A stretch of DNA of 45,851 nt from Candidatus Micrarchaeota archaeon. Its GTDB lineage: Archaea; Micrarchaeota; Micrarchaeia; Norongarragalinales; Norongarragalinaceae. Positions 17,645 to 26,260 of this stretch are shown piece after piece. The notes beneath the pieces are model-generated. The model made no database searches. It was given only the letters and a program-made list of their open reading frames with translations, and had not been told where the DNA came from. The DNA is taken from positions 1 through 45,851 of the forward strand of contig JBDRBT010000021.1 in the NCBI GenBank assembly GCA_043822385.1, given 5' to 3'. A program made the translations under genes and the position numbers. Position 1 is the first letter of the stretch. Each line of letters starts with the position of its first letter.

Positions 17645-18987
17645 TTCAACTTTACTGCTTTTTGAATTAATGCAGGCGCAATTATTGTAGTCAAGAAAGC
17701 CATTGACGCTATCACAGCGTATTCAGCGCTAGACAAAATTGGATCGCCAGTTGAAGTTAAAGCAGTCAAACCATACAAACCAATAATTAATGCGATTTCA
17801 CCGCGCGGAATCATTCCAACCCCGACCGCAATACTCTCTTTGAAAGGCACTTTCATTAAAACCGCGCCTAAACCACAACCAACTACCTTCGTAATTATAG
17901 CTAGAATAGTAATAACGAGTATTGGAACAATGTTATTCAACAACGCTGGAATGTCAACAAGCATTCCTAAGGAAATAAAGAACAACGGTGTAAACAACGC
18001 TTCCAGTGGGTAAAACAATTCAAACAACTTGTGAGTTAGCTTGCTGTAATTCAAAGTAATTCCAGCAATAAACGCTCCAACTATTGCAGACAAACCAATG
18101 AATTCAGCAATGTACGCGTAAGCCAAAACATAAGCTAGAATACCAAGAAAAGTCTGGTTGGATATTTTTCCTTCAATTTCTTTATCAAAATACTTCCGAA
18201 CAAGCACATGCCCTAGCTTGATTCCGCCAACAACGAAAATCAAGGCAGTAGCTATAGTAGTAAAGAAAGGCGACAAAGCAGGAGCCGTAAGTTCAGTTGG
18301 AAACTTAGTTATTAAAGAAAGAACGAGTAAAGCAAGAATATCATCAATAACTGCGGCACCAAGAATTACTTTAGCAAAACGAGAGCCAAGTAGTTTCAAT
18401 TCATCCAAAACCGCTACTGTTACTCCAACGCTAGTAGCAGTTAACGCCGCTCCAAGAAACATTGCGTAAGCAAAACCATGCCCCATGAAAGAAGCATAGT
18501 AAAAACCAGCTGTGAAAGGAATAATTATTCCAAGAATCCCAACAACAAAATTACGCACGTTAAAGATTTCTTTTATTTCAGAATGCAAACCAATCTTAAA
18601 CAACAACAAAATTGCGCCTAACTGCGCGAAAACCTGGATTACTCCGTCAGAATCAACCAAGTGAGGAATCTCCTTGAAAACCAAGGATGCGCCAACCAAG
18701 CCAGCTAGGAAAGAAGCAATAGAATAAAACACGGGCACAATCAACGTAATAGCACTAGGACTAATTACTATACCTAAAACAAGTAAAATCATTACAGTAG
18801 GTTGCTTTAATCTAACAACGAGTAATTCAGCCATTACTGCAGCTAACAACAAGAAAGACAATTCAAACCAAATTCTTTTTTCTTCAACAACTTCGCTGAA
18901 AAAACTAGCGCGCAAAATACTTAAAATCAATAAAAGAATCAAGCCTAAAGCAATCCAACCCGCAATAAATTTTAAATTAGTTTTCAA
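17626..18987 (-). CDS. Cation:proton antiporter, CPA2 (NapA/KefB-like)
   Basis: ATSVGVT, AAVIDD, GAFIAG, FFISLG and MIPRGE motifs; 12-13 TM. Confidence 0.92.
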   Translation of the reverse strand: MKTNLKFIAGWIALGLILLLILSILRASFFSEVVEEKRIWFELSFLLLAAVMAELLVVRLKQPTVMILLVLGIVISPSAITLIVPVFYSIASFLAGLVGASLVFKEIPHLVDSDGVIQVFAQLGAILLLFKIGLHSEIKEIFNVRNFVVGILGIIIPFTAGFYYASFMGHGFAYAMFLGAALTATSVGVTVAVLDELKLLGSRFAKVILGAAVIDDILALLVLSLITKFPTELTAPALSPFFTTIATALIFVVGGIKLGHVLVRKYFDKEIEGKISNQTFLGILAYVLAYAYIAEFIGLSAIVGAFIAGITLNYSKLTHKLFELFYPLEALFTPLFFISLGMLVDIPALLNNIVPILVITILAIITKVVGCGLGAVLMKVPFKESIAVGVGMIPRGEIALIIGLYGLTALTSTGDPILSSAEYAVIASMAFLTTIIAPALIQKAVKLNAGAEI

Positions 18988-19002
18988 AACAAACCAACTC
19001 CC

Positions 19003-19854
19003 TCAAAAAACACTAATTAAGTAAACCGCTGCTCCAGCGCCAGCAATAGCACTGAAAAAATTAACCACGTCATTATCAATAAACCTAAACCCTTTCTTCA
19101 AATCAGATTTCACTCCATTAACTTCCTCTCTCTCCGTAAACTTCTTTAAAACAGGAGAATAATAAGACGCTTGAATCGAAGCACCGAGCAAACTATCCAC
19201 TAACGCGCCAACAAAACCCGAGAAACCAATAACTAAAATAAACGTTTTACCTCCCACGAACTGGGAAACCAGGAATCCCGGCAAGTCATCAATCAACAAG
19301 TTATTCAAACTATTCGTTACTACCGCAATCAAGCCAATTAATAACGCGCCAACTAAAGAAACAGCTAACCCCTGCCAACTAACTGCTCCAGATGTGCCGA
19401 CAGGCACTTTCTTGAAACTAATTATTGAACGAGGATTCTTGAAGAAAACACCAATTTCAGTAGCCCAAGTGTCTGCAGTAACAGTAGCAACGGAAGCAAC
19501 GAAAGCAATAAACAATTCACTTGAAGGATTCAAGAAATAAAGAGCTGAAAACAATAACGGCAAGAAACCATTAGCAAACACTTGCCAAAAATCCCGCGTA
19601 CCACCCTTCTCGAAAACTAGGTTTACTTCCTTTTTTTGTTCCTTCTTGAAGCGAGTAAACAAACTACTAGTAGCAAAAAACGAAATCAAGATAACCAGCC
19701 AATTCCAACCACCCAAAACGAAAACAGCCAAGCCAACGAATAAAGCAGCCATAGTGCCGCCTTCACTTAACTCTCGCTTCTTGAAAGCGTAAATAGCTAT
19801 TGCTAGTGAAGCAATCAAGCCAACTAAAACAATAACAACGAAAGAAACAACCAT
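19003..19854 (-). CDS. DUF92/TMEM19-family membrane protein
   Basis: R...QVFANG, ADTWATEIG, GTSGAVS, DSLLGA and NDVVN motifs. Confidence 0.9.
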   Translation of the reverse strand: MVVSFVVIVLVGLIASLAIAIYAFKKRELSEGGTMAALFVGLAVFVLGGWNWLVILISFFATSSLFTRFKKEQKKEVNLVFEKGGTRDFWQVFANGFLPLLFSALYFLNPSSELFIAFVASVATVTADTWATEIGVFFKNPRSIISFKKVPVGTSGAVSWQGLAVSLVGALLIGLIAVVTNSLNNLLIDDLPGFLVSQFVGGKTFILVIGFSGFVGALVDSLLGASIQASYYSPVLKKFTEREEVNGVKSDLKKGFRFIDNDVVNFFSAIAGAGAAVYLISVF

Positions 19855-19929
19855 TTTAAATAAAATTACTCCTCTAAGCTTTTAAAAAGATTTATCAAAA
19901 AACAAGTACATAAAATCTAGTAAAAAAAC

Positions 19930-20050
19930 GCCTCCGTAACTCAACGGTAGAGTGCTTGCCTTGTACCCCAAATTTTCTTAGAAAGAAAATTTGATTAAAG
20001 AAAAACGGCTAGACAGCAAGAAGTTATGGGTTCAAATCCCATCGGAGGCT
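19930..20050 (+). tRNA. tRNA-Thr(TGT) with 49-nt intron at 37/38 (19966-20014)
   Basis: GCCTCCG/CGGAGGC acceptor, CTTGC/GCAAG anticodon stem, ATGGG-TTCAAAT-CCCAT T arm, U discriminator. Confidence 0.93.
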
Positions 20051-20052
20051 CT

Positions 20053-20445
20053 CTAAACAGGAGTAAATTCTTGTTTCAACAAATTTTCAATCGGTAAAAA
20101 CAAGGGCTTCGGTAACTCGCTCCAAGAAAACCAATGCCATTCACTACACTTTTCAGGCTCCATTACTTTTACGTCGCCTGAAGCATAATCGCAAACAACA
20201 AACAAAGTCACGTAGTGAGAATCAGGGAAAAAATCGTTAGTAAAAGGACCCAAACGAACATTCTTCACTTCAATCCCAGCTTCCTCCCTTACTTCACGAA
20301 CAGCACAATCCTCCACTTTCTCCATGAATTCTAAATGGCCACCTGCAAAAGACCAGTAGCCCTCGCCGTGCTTGCTTTTTCTTTTCCCTAACAAAACCAA
20401 CCCGTCTTTAACAACAATAACTCCCACTCCAACTCTAGGATTCAT
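20053..20445 (-). CDS. NUDIX hydrolase (NUDT15/MTH2-like)
   Basis: PRVGVGV, GGHLE...CAVREVREEAG Nudix box, MEPEKC motif; ATG at 20445. Confidence 0.92.
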   Translation of the reverse strand: MNPRVGVGVIVVKDGLVLLGKRKSKHGEGYWSFAGGHLEFMEKVEDCAVREVREEAGIEVKNVRLGPFTNDFFPDSHYVTLFVVCDYASGDVKVMEPEKCSEWHWFSWSELPKPLFLPIENLLKQEFTPV

Positions 20446-20446
20446 T

Positions 20447-21430
20447 TCAAACCACTTTCCTAACGTACAAAGCAAAGTGATGTTTCTTAATGAAGTCACG
20501 CACTTCCTTCTTACCACCCTTAAAACGAGCTCCAAGCGAACTAATCTTCAAGCCAGCAACAGCCGTAGCTTCCTGCAACGCCTTCTTCAAATCCTTGTTT
20601 TCAAAGAAAGAGTGAACGAACGCACCAGTAAAAGCGTCACCAGCACCAGTCGTATCTACAACACTAACGTGTGGCGCATTAACGTGAAACACGTTTTTTC
20701 CGTCGAAAGCGTAAGAACCCTGCTTGTCGCAAGTAATCACTGCAGTCCTAGCGCCTAATTTCCTGAAAGCGCCTTTAACGGTTCTTTCTCCAGTATAATA
20801 AAATGCTTCCTCTAAATTCATTACAACCAAGTCAAAATGAGGATGATAACGGCCTAATTCAGAGTGCCTTTCACGCAGCATTGTAATGCTAGGAGCAAAA
20901 ACTAGTTTCTTCTTGAATTTTTTCGCTTTCACAATAATTTTCTTGAACAAAGAAAAATTTTTTCTAGACGCTAGAGAACACAAGACTACTACGTCCGCGT
21001 TTTTAACAAGAGAGTCAGGGCAGTCTTTCTCGCTCAAGGAATCAACAGCTCCCTTGAACGTTAAAACGCTCTTTTCGCCGCTTTCATCAACTAGAATTAC
21101 TCCCAAACTACTTTTTTCCTTCTTGAAAACTTTAACGCCTTTAGTGTTAACGCCTTGTTCCTTTAGTGAAGATAAAATAATCTTGCCGAACAAATCGCCG
21201 CCAACTCCTGAAACCAGTGTAGGCGTACCCCCCAAGCGTTTTATGGTTACTGCAGAATTAGCTGGACTGCCACCTGGAGAAACAACCACGTCGTCTAAAA
21301 CCGTTTTTGAAGCAAAAGCAATGCAAGCGAATTTTTCCACGTGTTCATCGTGAAGCAAGCTTACTTTACGCACTTTCTTGGCTAAAGCAACCACGTCGAG
21401 AGTAGCGCTACCAACAAGCAAGAACTTCAT
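20447..21430 (-). CDS. PfkB-family carbohydrate kinase
   Basis: GGSPAN, VGGDLFG, N..E and DTTGAGDAF motifs. Confidence 0.92.
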   Translation of the reverse strand: MKFLLVGSATLDVVALAKKVRKVSLLHDEHVEKFACIAFASKTVLDDVVVSPGGSPANSAVTIKRLGGTPTLVSGVGGDLFGKIILSSLKEQGVNTKGVKVFKKEKSSLGVILVDESGEKSVLTFKGAVDSLSEKDCPDSLVKNADVVVLCSLASRKNFSLFKKIIVKAKKFKKKLVFAPSITMLRERHSELGRYHPHFDLVVMNLEEAFYYTGERTVKGAFRKLGARTAVITCDKQGSYAFDGKNVFHVNAPHVSVVDTTGAGDAFTGAFVHSFFENKDLKKALQEATAVAGLKISSLGARFKGGKKEVRDFIKKHHFALYVRKVV

Positions 21431-21499
21431 GTGTATTGCATAACGAATCCCAGGTTTTTAATAACTAGGCAAACACAATTTTTTAAAGGTGAAAAAAAA

Positions 21500-21817
21500 A
21501 TGGATTACGCGTTTAGTTTCGAGTCTAAAGACGTTCAAGCACTAAAAAAAGTTTTGGAAGCAGATTCAATGAATAAAGATAGTTTCGCTAGATTAGGTTA
21601 TTACTTGAAGGAAGGAAAAAACTTGTCGTTGAAAGAAGGTCGTTATTACGTTTCATTCAAAACAGAAAACAAGGAATTAGCAGGAAAACTAATTGAGAAA
21701 CTAAAAGCAATCCCTAGTTTTGAGGAAGCAACTACTGAAGAAGAAAGCAAGCTAGCAGAAAAAATAGAGGAAGAAGAAAACGCTGCAACCACTGGTTTCG
21801 GAAGCATTTTCGAGTAG
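21500..21817 (+). CDS. Hypothetical protein with ribosomal-stalk-like C-terminus
   Basis: ATG at 21500 after a GGTGA RBS; ends EEEENAATTGFGSIFE. Confidence 0.8.
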   Translation: MDYAFSFESKDVQALKKVLEADSMNKDSFARLGYYLKEGKNLSLKEGRYYVSFKTENKELAGKLIEKLKAIPSFEEATTEEESKLAEKIEEEENAATTGFGSIFE

Positions 21818-21848
21818 TTTTTTAACTAACCCCGCCGTAGTAACTTTA

Positions 21849-22517
21849 ATGGAACTGCAAATAATATTCGGCGGAATAGTAATCTTATTCTTGCTTGCAG
21901 GCATTTGGTTTTTCTTGACTACTAAAAAAAAGACGCACAAACCCAGGGTAGCGCAAGAATTAACGGAAGTATACAACGACAAAACTAAAGCAAGGCTTTA
22001 CTTGGGTTTCTTCAGGTTTAATGGAAAAAATTATTCCTTCGACGTTCTATTAAAAAATAACGGGCTTGAAGAAATAAATGCAGGAATAAGCATTGACGGA
22101 GAAAGCCATTACTTGAAAAACATTCAACCTAATGAAACTAAAACAACTCAAATACTATTAGAAAAAAAGGAACTAACGCAAGTTGAATTAGCAATAAACA
22201 ACAGCGTAGTATTCAAGGAAAAAGTAGACTTCAAGAAAATAATTAATGAGTTAGAAGAACAAAACCAGGTTTCAGTAATAGAAGAAGAAAAACTAAAACC
22301 AAAACCAACCAGCGAACAAATAAGAACAATTGAGTTGAGTGAACGAAAACCAAAAACAGAAGACGACAAAAAATTATTAGAAATAGAGGAAGAAGAAAAA
22401 GAACTGGAAACTAGTTACTTGCACAGGGAAATAGACCGCGAAGTATACAACGAATTAGTTAAGGAACTACAGCGAGAAAAAATAAAATTAAAAGTAAAAA
22501 CAAGGAAAAAATCATAG
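21849..22517 (+). CDS. Hypothetical membrane-anchored protein with charged coiled-coil tail
   Basis: N-terminal TM helix; E/K-rich C-terminus. Confidence 0.75.
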   Translation: MELQIIFGGIVILFLLAGIWFFLTTKKKTHKPRVAQELTEVYNDKTKARLYLGFFRFNGKNYSFDVLLKNNGLEEINAGISIDGESHYLKNIQPNETKTTQILLEKKELTQVELAINNSVVFKEKVDFKKIINELEEQNQVSVIEEEKLKPKPTSEQIRTIELSERKPKTEDDKKLLEIEEEEKELETSYLHREIDREVYNELVKELQREKIKLKVKTRKKS

Positions 22518-23516
22518 TTTCTTGCTTACTTCAATTGCTTGTTCTACTAAACGACAACTGTAACCCCACTCGTTATCGTACCAAGCAATTACTTTAATCA
22601 AGTCGCCGTCAACCACTTTAGTTAAAGGCAAGTCAACTATACAAGAATGACTATTTTTAATGAAGTCGCTTGAAACTAATTCTTGGTTGGTTACTCCTAA
22701 AACGTTTTTGTACAACTCGTTGCCAACTGCCTTCGAGAAAGCAGAATTAACTTCATCAACCGTAACTTTCCTTGAAAGCAAGGCAGTAATGTCACTCAAG
22801 GAAACTACTGGAACTGGAACCCTAATAGCCAAGCCGTCAAACTTTCCTTGCAAAGAAGGAATTACGTTAGTAGTAGTCTTAGCTGCGCCAGTACTAGTAG
22901 GCACGATGTTAGTAGCGGCGTTCCTAGCCCGCCTCAAGTCCTTGTGCGGGCCGTCTAACAAATTTTGGTCTCCAGTGTAAGCGTGAACAGTAGTCATGAA
23001 TGCTTTCCTAATTCCGAAAGAATCATTCAAAACTTGAATTACTGGCGCAATGCAGTTAGTAGTGCAAGACGCATTAGACAACACTAAATCAGAACTACTT
23101 GGTTCATTAACGCTAATCACGAAGTCGCTAATTCCTTCTCCTTTGCCTGGAGCAGACAAAATAACTCGTTTTGCTCCAGCCTTCAAGTGGGTTGAAGCTG
23201 TTTTCAAGTCCCTGAATCGTCCAGTGCACTCTAAAACAATATCTACACTCAATTCTCCCCAAGGTAGTTTGCTTGGATCAGGCTCTGAAAACACTCTATA
23301 CGCCTTTCCGTTAACCAGCAAGTGACTGTCGTCGAAAGAAACGCTAGCGTCGTACTCGCCGTAATTAGAATCGTGCTTCAGCAAGTTCGCTAAAGTCTTA
23401 GTATCCGTCAAGTCGTTTACTGCTGCAATCTCAATGCCTTTCTGCAGGCAAATCTTGAATACAGCGCGTCCAATCCTACCAAAACCGTTTATTGCAATCT
23501 TAACCATGCTTGACAT
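22512..23516 (-). CDS. gap: Type I (bacterial-type) glyceraldehyde-3-phosphate dehydrogenase
   Basis: INGFGRIGR, NASCTTNC, STGAAK and WYDNEWGYS motifs; start may be 23507. Confidence 0.96.
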   Translation of the reverse strand: MSSMVKIAINGFGRIGRAVFKICLQKGIEIAAVNDLTDTKTLANLLKHDSNYGEYDASVSFDDSHLLVNGKAYRVFSEPDPSKLPWGELSVDIVLECTGRFRDLKTASTHLKAGAKRVILSAPGKGEGISDFVISVNEPSSSDLVLSNASCTTNCIAPVIQVLNDSFGIRKAFMTTVHAYTGDQNLLDGPHKDLRRARNAATNIVPTSTGAAKTTTNVIPSLQGKFDGLAIRVPVPVVSLSDITALLSRKVTVDEVNSAFSKAVGNELYKNVLGVTNQELVSSDFIKNSHSCIVDLPLTKVVDGDLIKVIAWYDNEWGYSCRLVEQAIEVSKKL

Positions 23517-23554
23517 TAAACAGAATAAGAATAAAAACTATTTCTCAAAAAAAA

Positions 23555-23770
23555 TTAACCAGAACCAGTGCCCATGCCTCTTAACGGAGAACCACTACCA
23601 GTTCCAGCGCCTTCACTCACAATTAAAGGAGAACCAACCCCAGAACCAGCGCCCATTACCAGCGAACCACTTCCAGTTCCTATGCCCATTACTGGTGCTC
23701 CAGAACCAGTTCCAGCTCCTAAAAACAAAGCAAAAACTAGTATTACACTAAAAAGAAAATACTTATTCAC
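23555..23770 (-). CDS. Small secreted Gly-rich repeat peptide
   Basis: GGTGA RBS before GTG, hydrophobic signal peptide, five GxG(T/S)G(S/V)G units. Confidence 0.7.
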   Translation of the reverse strand: MNKYFLFSVILVFALFLGAGTGSGAPVMGIGTGSGSLVMGAGSGVGSPLIVSEGAGTGSGSPLRGMGTGSG

Positions 23771-23854
23771 AACATCACCATATTCATTACTAATAACACC
23801 TATAAAAACAAAACCGCTAAAATTAAATACTTAAAACAGCAGGATACAAAAGGG

Positions 23855-24001
23855 ATGGATAACGTAGCAATCGCAGGGATAATCGCTTTATTTCTAATCG
23901 TAGCCATGGGCATAATAAGTGAAATAAACGCGGCAATCTTCTTGATGGGATTGCTAGTTTTACTGAAAATGCCGTTCAACCCGTTTAGTAATCCTTACTA
24001 A
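23855..24001 (+). CDS. 48-aa hydrophobic micro-protein (not in ORF track)
   Basis: MDNVAIAGIIALFLIVAMGIISEINAAIFLMGLLVLLKMPFNPFSNPY*; fills the intergenic gap and its stop overlaps the next gene's stop by 4 bp. Confidence 0.6.
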   Translation: MDNVAIAGIIALFLIVAMGIISEINAAIFLMGLLVLLKMPFNPFSNPY

Positions 24002-25245
24002 CTCTTTTTAGTTGAAATTATTTTCGGCTTGCCAGCAGGCTGTGGAGTTTCTTCTTTTGTTTCAACCCTGCCTGTTGAATAAGAAGCGTAAGTACTCAAG
24101 AAAGCAGTTAGAATAATTACTAAGAAAACTATTTCAGAAAAAGAAGGAATTACTATCGGCGGGTTTTGGTTTAAAGGAAGGAAAGCTAGTACTGCAGCAG
24201 CTAATCCACGGCTCATCATGAATGAAATCAAATTCTTTGAAGTAGCAATAGCCTTGTTGAAGAAAGACAATAAAGTAGTAACCAAAAATCTTGCAAGCAC
24301 TAGAACGAAAACAATTCCTAACGCAATCCCAATAGCGCCTAACTCGAGTACTGAAGGACTAATAATCAAACCAAGGAAAACAAAAAAGAAGGTAGTAACA
24401 AAAAAAGTAATCTCGGTTTGAGTTGACTTGATAGTGTGCTCTAACTTGTAATCACTACCCATTTTAAGCAAGTTAGCAATCAAAGTTGAATTACCTAACA
24501 CTAAACTAAAAATAAGCACGCCAATAGCACCGCTTCCGCCAAGCAATTCAACAACACTATACAAAACTAGTAAAACGGCTAAAGTAAGCATGTAACCGAG
24601 AGACTTTCCGTAAAAACTATGCAAAATTCGTATCCAGAAAACACCAAACAAGAAACCAAACAAAATAGCCGTAGTAAAGGTTGCGGTTAAAGTCTGTACT
24701 ACCTGATCTAATTCAAAAGAACTAGTATTTATTATGTTGATTAAAACTAAAGCAGTTACAATGCACAACACGTCCGTAACAACAGACTCTAAACTAAGCA
24801 TTATCGATACTTCCTGAGAAACTTTAAGCTTGCTTATTACTGGAATTACTACGCTCGAGCTAGTGCCGCCAATAACCGCAGCCATTAACAAAGCATGAAA
24901 GAAATTCCAACCAAAAACAAAGTAAAGCAAGCCAGTAGTAAACGCAGCTGAAAGAATAAACACTAGTAAAGTAAACAAAGCTGAAGACGGAACTTCAGAT
25001 AATACCTTAGTTATATTCAAGTCCAAGCCAGCATCAAACAAAATAATAATTAAAGCCAGAGTACCCACCAGAGAAGACAAGGGAATGAAAAGCTCTGGCG
25101 GAACCACGTTGAAAACAGGCCCAATCAAGATTCCGGTAAGCATTAAAATCAAGTAGCCGGGAATGCGCGTTTCCTTGAAGAACAAGTCTGAAACGAAGCC
25201 TAAAAGCAAAACAGCGCCCACTAAAAGAAAAACTTCTAAAACCAT
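23998..25245 (-). CDS. Cation:proton antiporter, CPA1 (NhaP-type)
   Basis: ILFDAG, GGTSS, LESVVTD, FFFVFLG and SRGLAAAVLA motifs. Confidence 0.9.
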   Translation of the reverse strand: MVLEVFLLVGAVLLLGFVSDLFFKETRIPGYLILMLTGILIGPVFNVVPPELFIPLSSLVGTLALIIILFDAGLDLNITKVLSEVPSSALFTLLVFILSAAFTTGLLYFVFGWNFFHALLMAAVIGGTSSSVVIPVISKLKVSQEVSIMLSLESVVTDVLCIVTALVLINIINTSSFELDQVVQTLTATFTTAILFGFLFGVFWIRILHSFYGKSLGYMLTLAVLLVLYSVVELLGGSGAIGVLIFSLVLGNSTLIANLLKMGSDYKLEHTIKSTQTEITFFVTTFFFVFLGLIISPSVLELGAIGIALGIVFVLVLARFLVTTLLSFFNKAIATSKNLISFMMSRGLAAAVLAFLPLNQNPPIVIPSFSEIVFLVIILTAFLSTYASYSTGRVETKEETPQPAGKPKIISTKKS

Positions 25246-25281
25246 GTCAATACCTTAAACACGTTAAAGCATAAAAACATT

Positions 25282-26226
25282 TCAAAAGCCTTGCACCCAA
25301 AAGCCAACAAGCAAGAACAAAGAATAAACAAACAACAACACTACTCCGTCGCTCTTTCTAAGTGATTTATTGAAATACAAAATTGAAAACAACAAGGAAT
25401 AAATAATCAAGCAGAACGCAAGCAAAACGAATAAAGTAATTTTACTCGCTGCAACCGGAGCAAACAACGCAGCTACACCTAAAACCAGCGTTAAATTAGT
25501 TACTGACGCGCCAAGCAAGTTACCTAAAGCAAGCCTAATCCGGTGTTTCCTGCAAGCAGTTAAAGCAACAGTTAATTCAGGCAAGGAAGTTCCTAAAGCA
25601 ATTGCAGTAGCTCCAATAAACGACTTTGAGAAACCAATCAAACCCGCTAATTCAACTGAAGTTTTAATCACTAAGTCAGCACTCAACAAAAGTATTCCCA
25701 AGAAAAAAAGGAATGAAAAACAAGCCCAAACTACTTCAGACAAAAACACTTCGTACTTTAATTTTTTAGTGAAAGCTTCCCGCCTAGTTAAAACAAAAAC
25801 AGATAAACCCAAAAACAAGGCTAGTAAGACTAAACCAAACAACCCGCTAGGTACAACAAAAAACAAGCTAAATGAAATCAAAGCAGCAATACCTAAGAAA
25901 AACAATAAGCTGAAACGCTCTGCTTTCTTCAAGGTAATAGCAGTAGTGAAAACAACTATGCCTAAAATCAAACTTAAATTAGCAATATTAGAACCCAACA
26001 CGTTACCTAAAACAAGTCCCGGCTCTCCTTCAATAGACGCAATAATTGAAACAAAGAGTTCAGGAAGAGTAGTAGCGATTGACACTAAAAAAAAGCCTAT
26101 AACTAAATCACTAGCCTTCAAAAAACGAGCTATAATAAGCGCATCATCAATAAGCCGTTCTGAACTCTTAACTAACAACACTAAGCCAGTTGCTAAAACA
26201 AACAAAGTTGAAAATAAAAACAGCAT
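25282..26226 (-). CDS. Na+/Ca2+ exchanger (YrbG/CaCA family)
   Basis: Two alpha repeats: ATTLPE...GSNIAN and GTSLPE...GASVTN. Confidence 0.92.
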   Translation of the reverse strand: MLFLFSTLFVLATGLVLLVKSSERLIDDALIIARFLKASDLVIGFFLVSIATTLPELFVSIIASIEGEPGLVLGNVLGSNIANLSLILGIVVFTTAITLKKAERFSLLFFLGIAALISFSLFFVVPSGLFGLVLLALFLGLSVFVLTRREAFTKKLKYEVFLSEVVWACFSFLFFLGILLLSADLVIKTSVELAGLIGFSKSFIGATAIALGTSLPELTVALTACRKHRIRLALGNLLGASVTNLTLVLGVAALFAPVAASKITLFVLLAFCLIIYSLLFSILYFNKSLRKSDGVVLLFVYSLFLLVGFWVQGF

Positions 26227-26260
26227 TAAAGAAAAAAGAAAGCTGACTTAAAAAAAGTTG

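Noticed and set aside
23568-23834. Pro-rich + strand ORF (PEPVP repeats)
   Set aside because: It is the antisense shadow of the Gly-rich peptide gene, which has the RBS and signal peptide.
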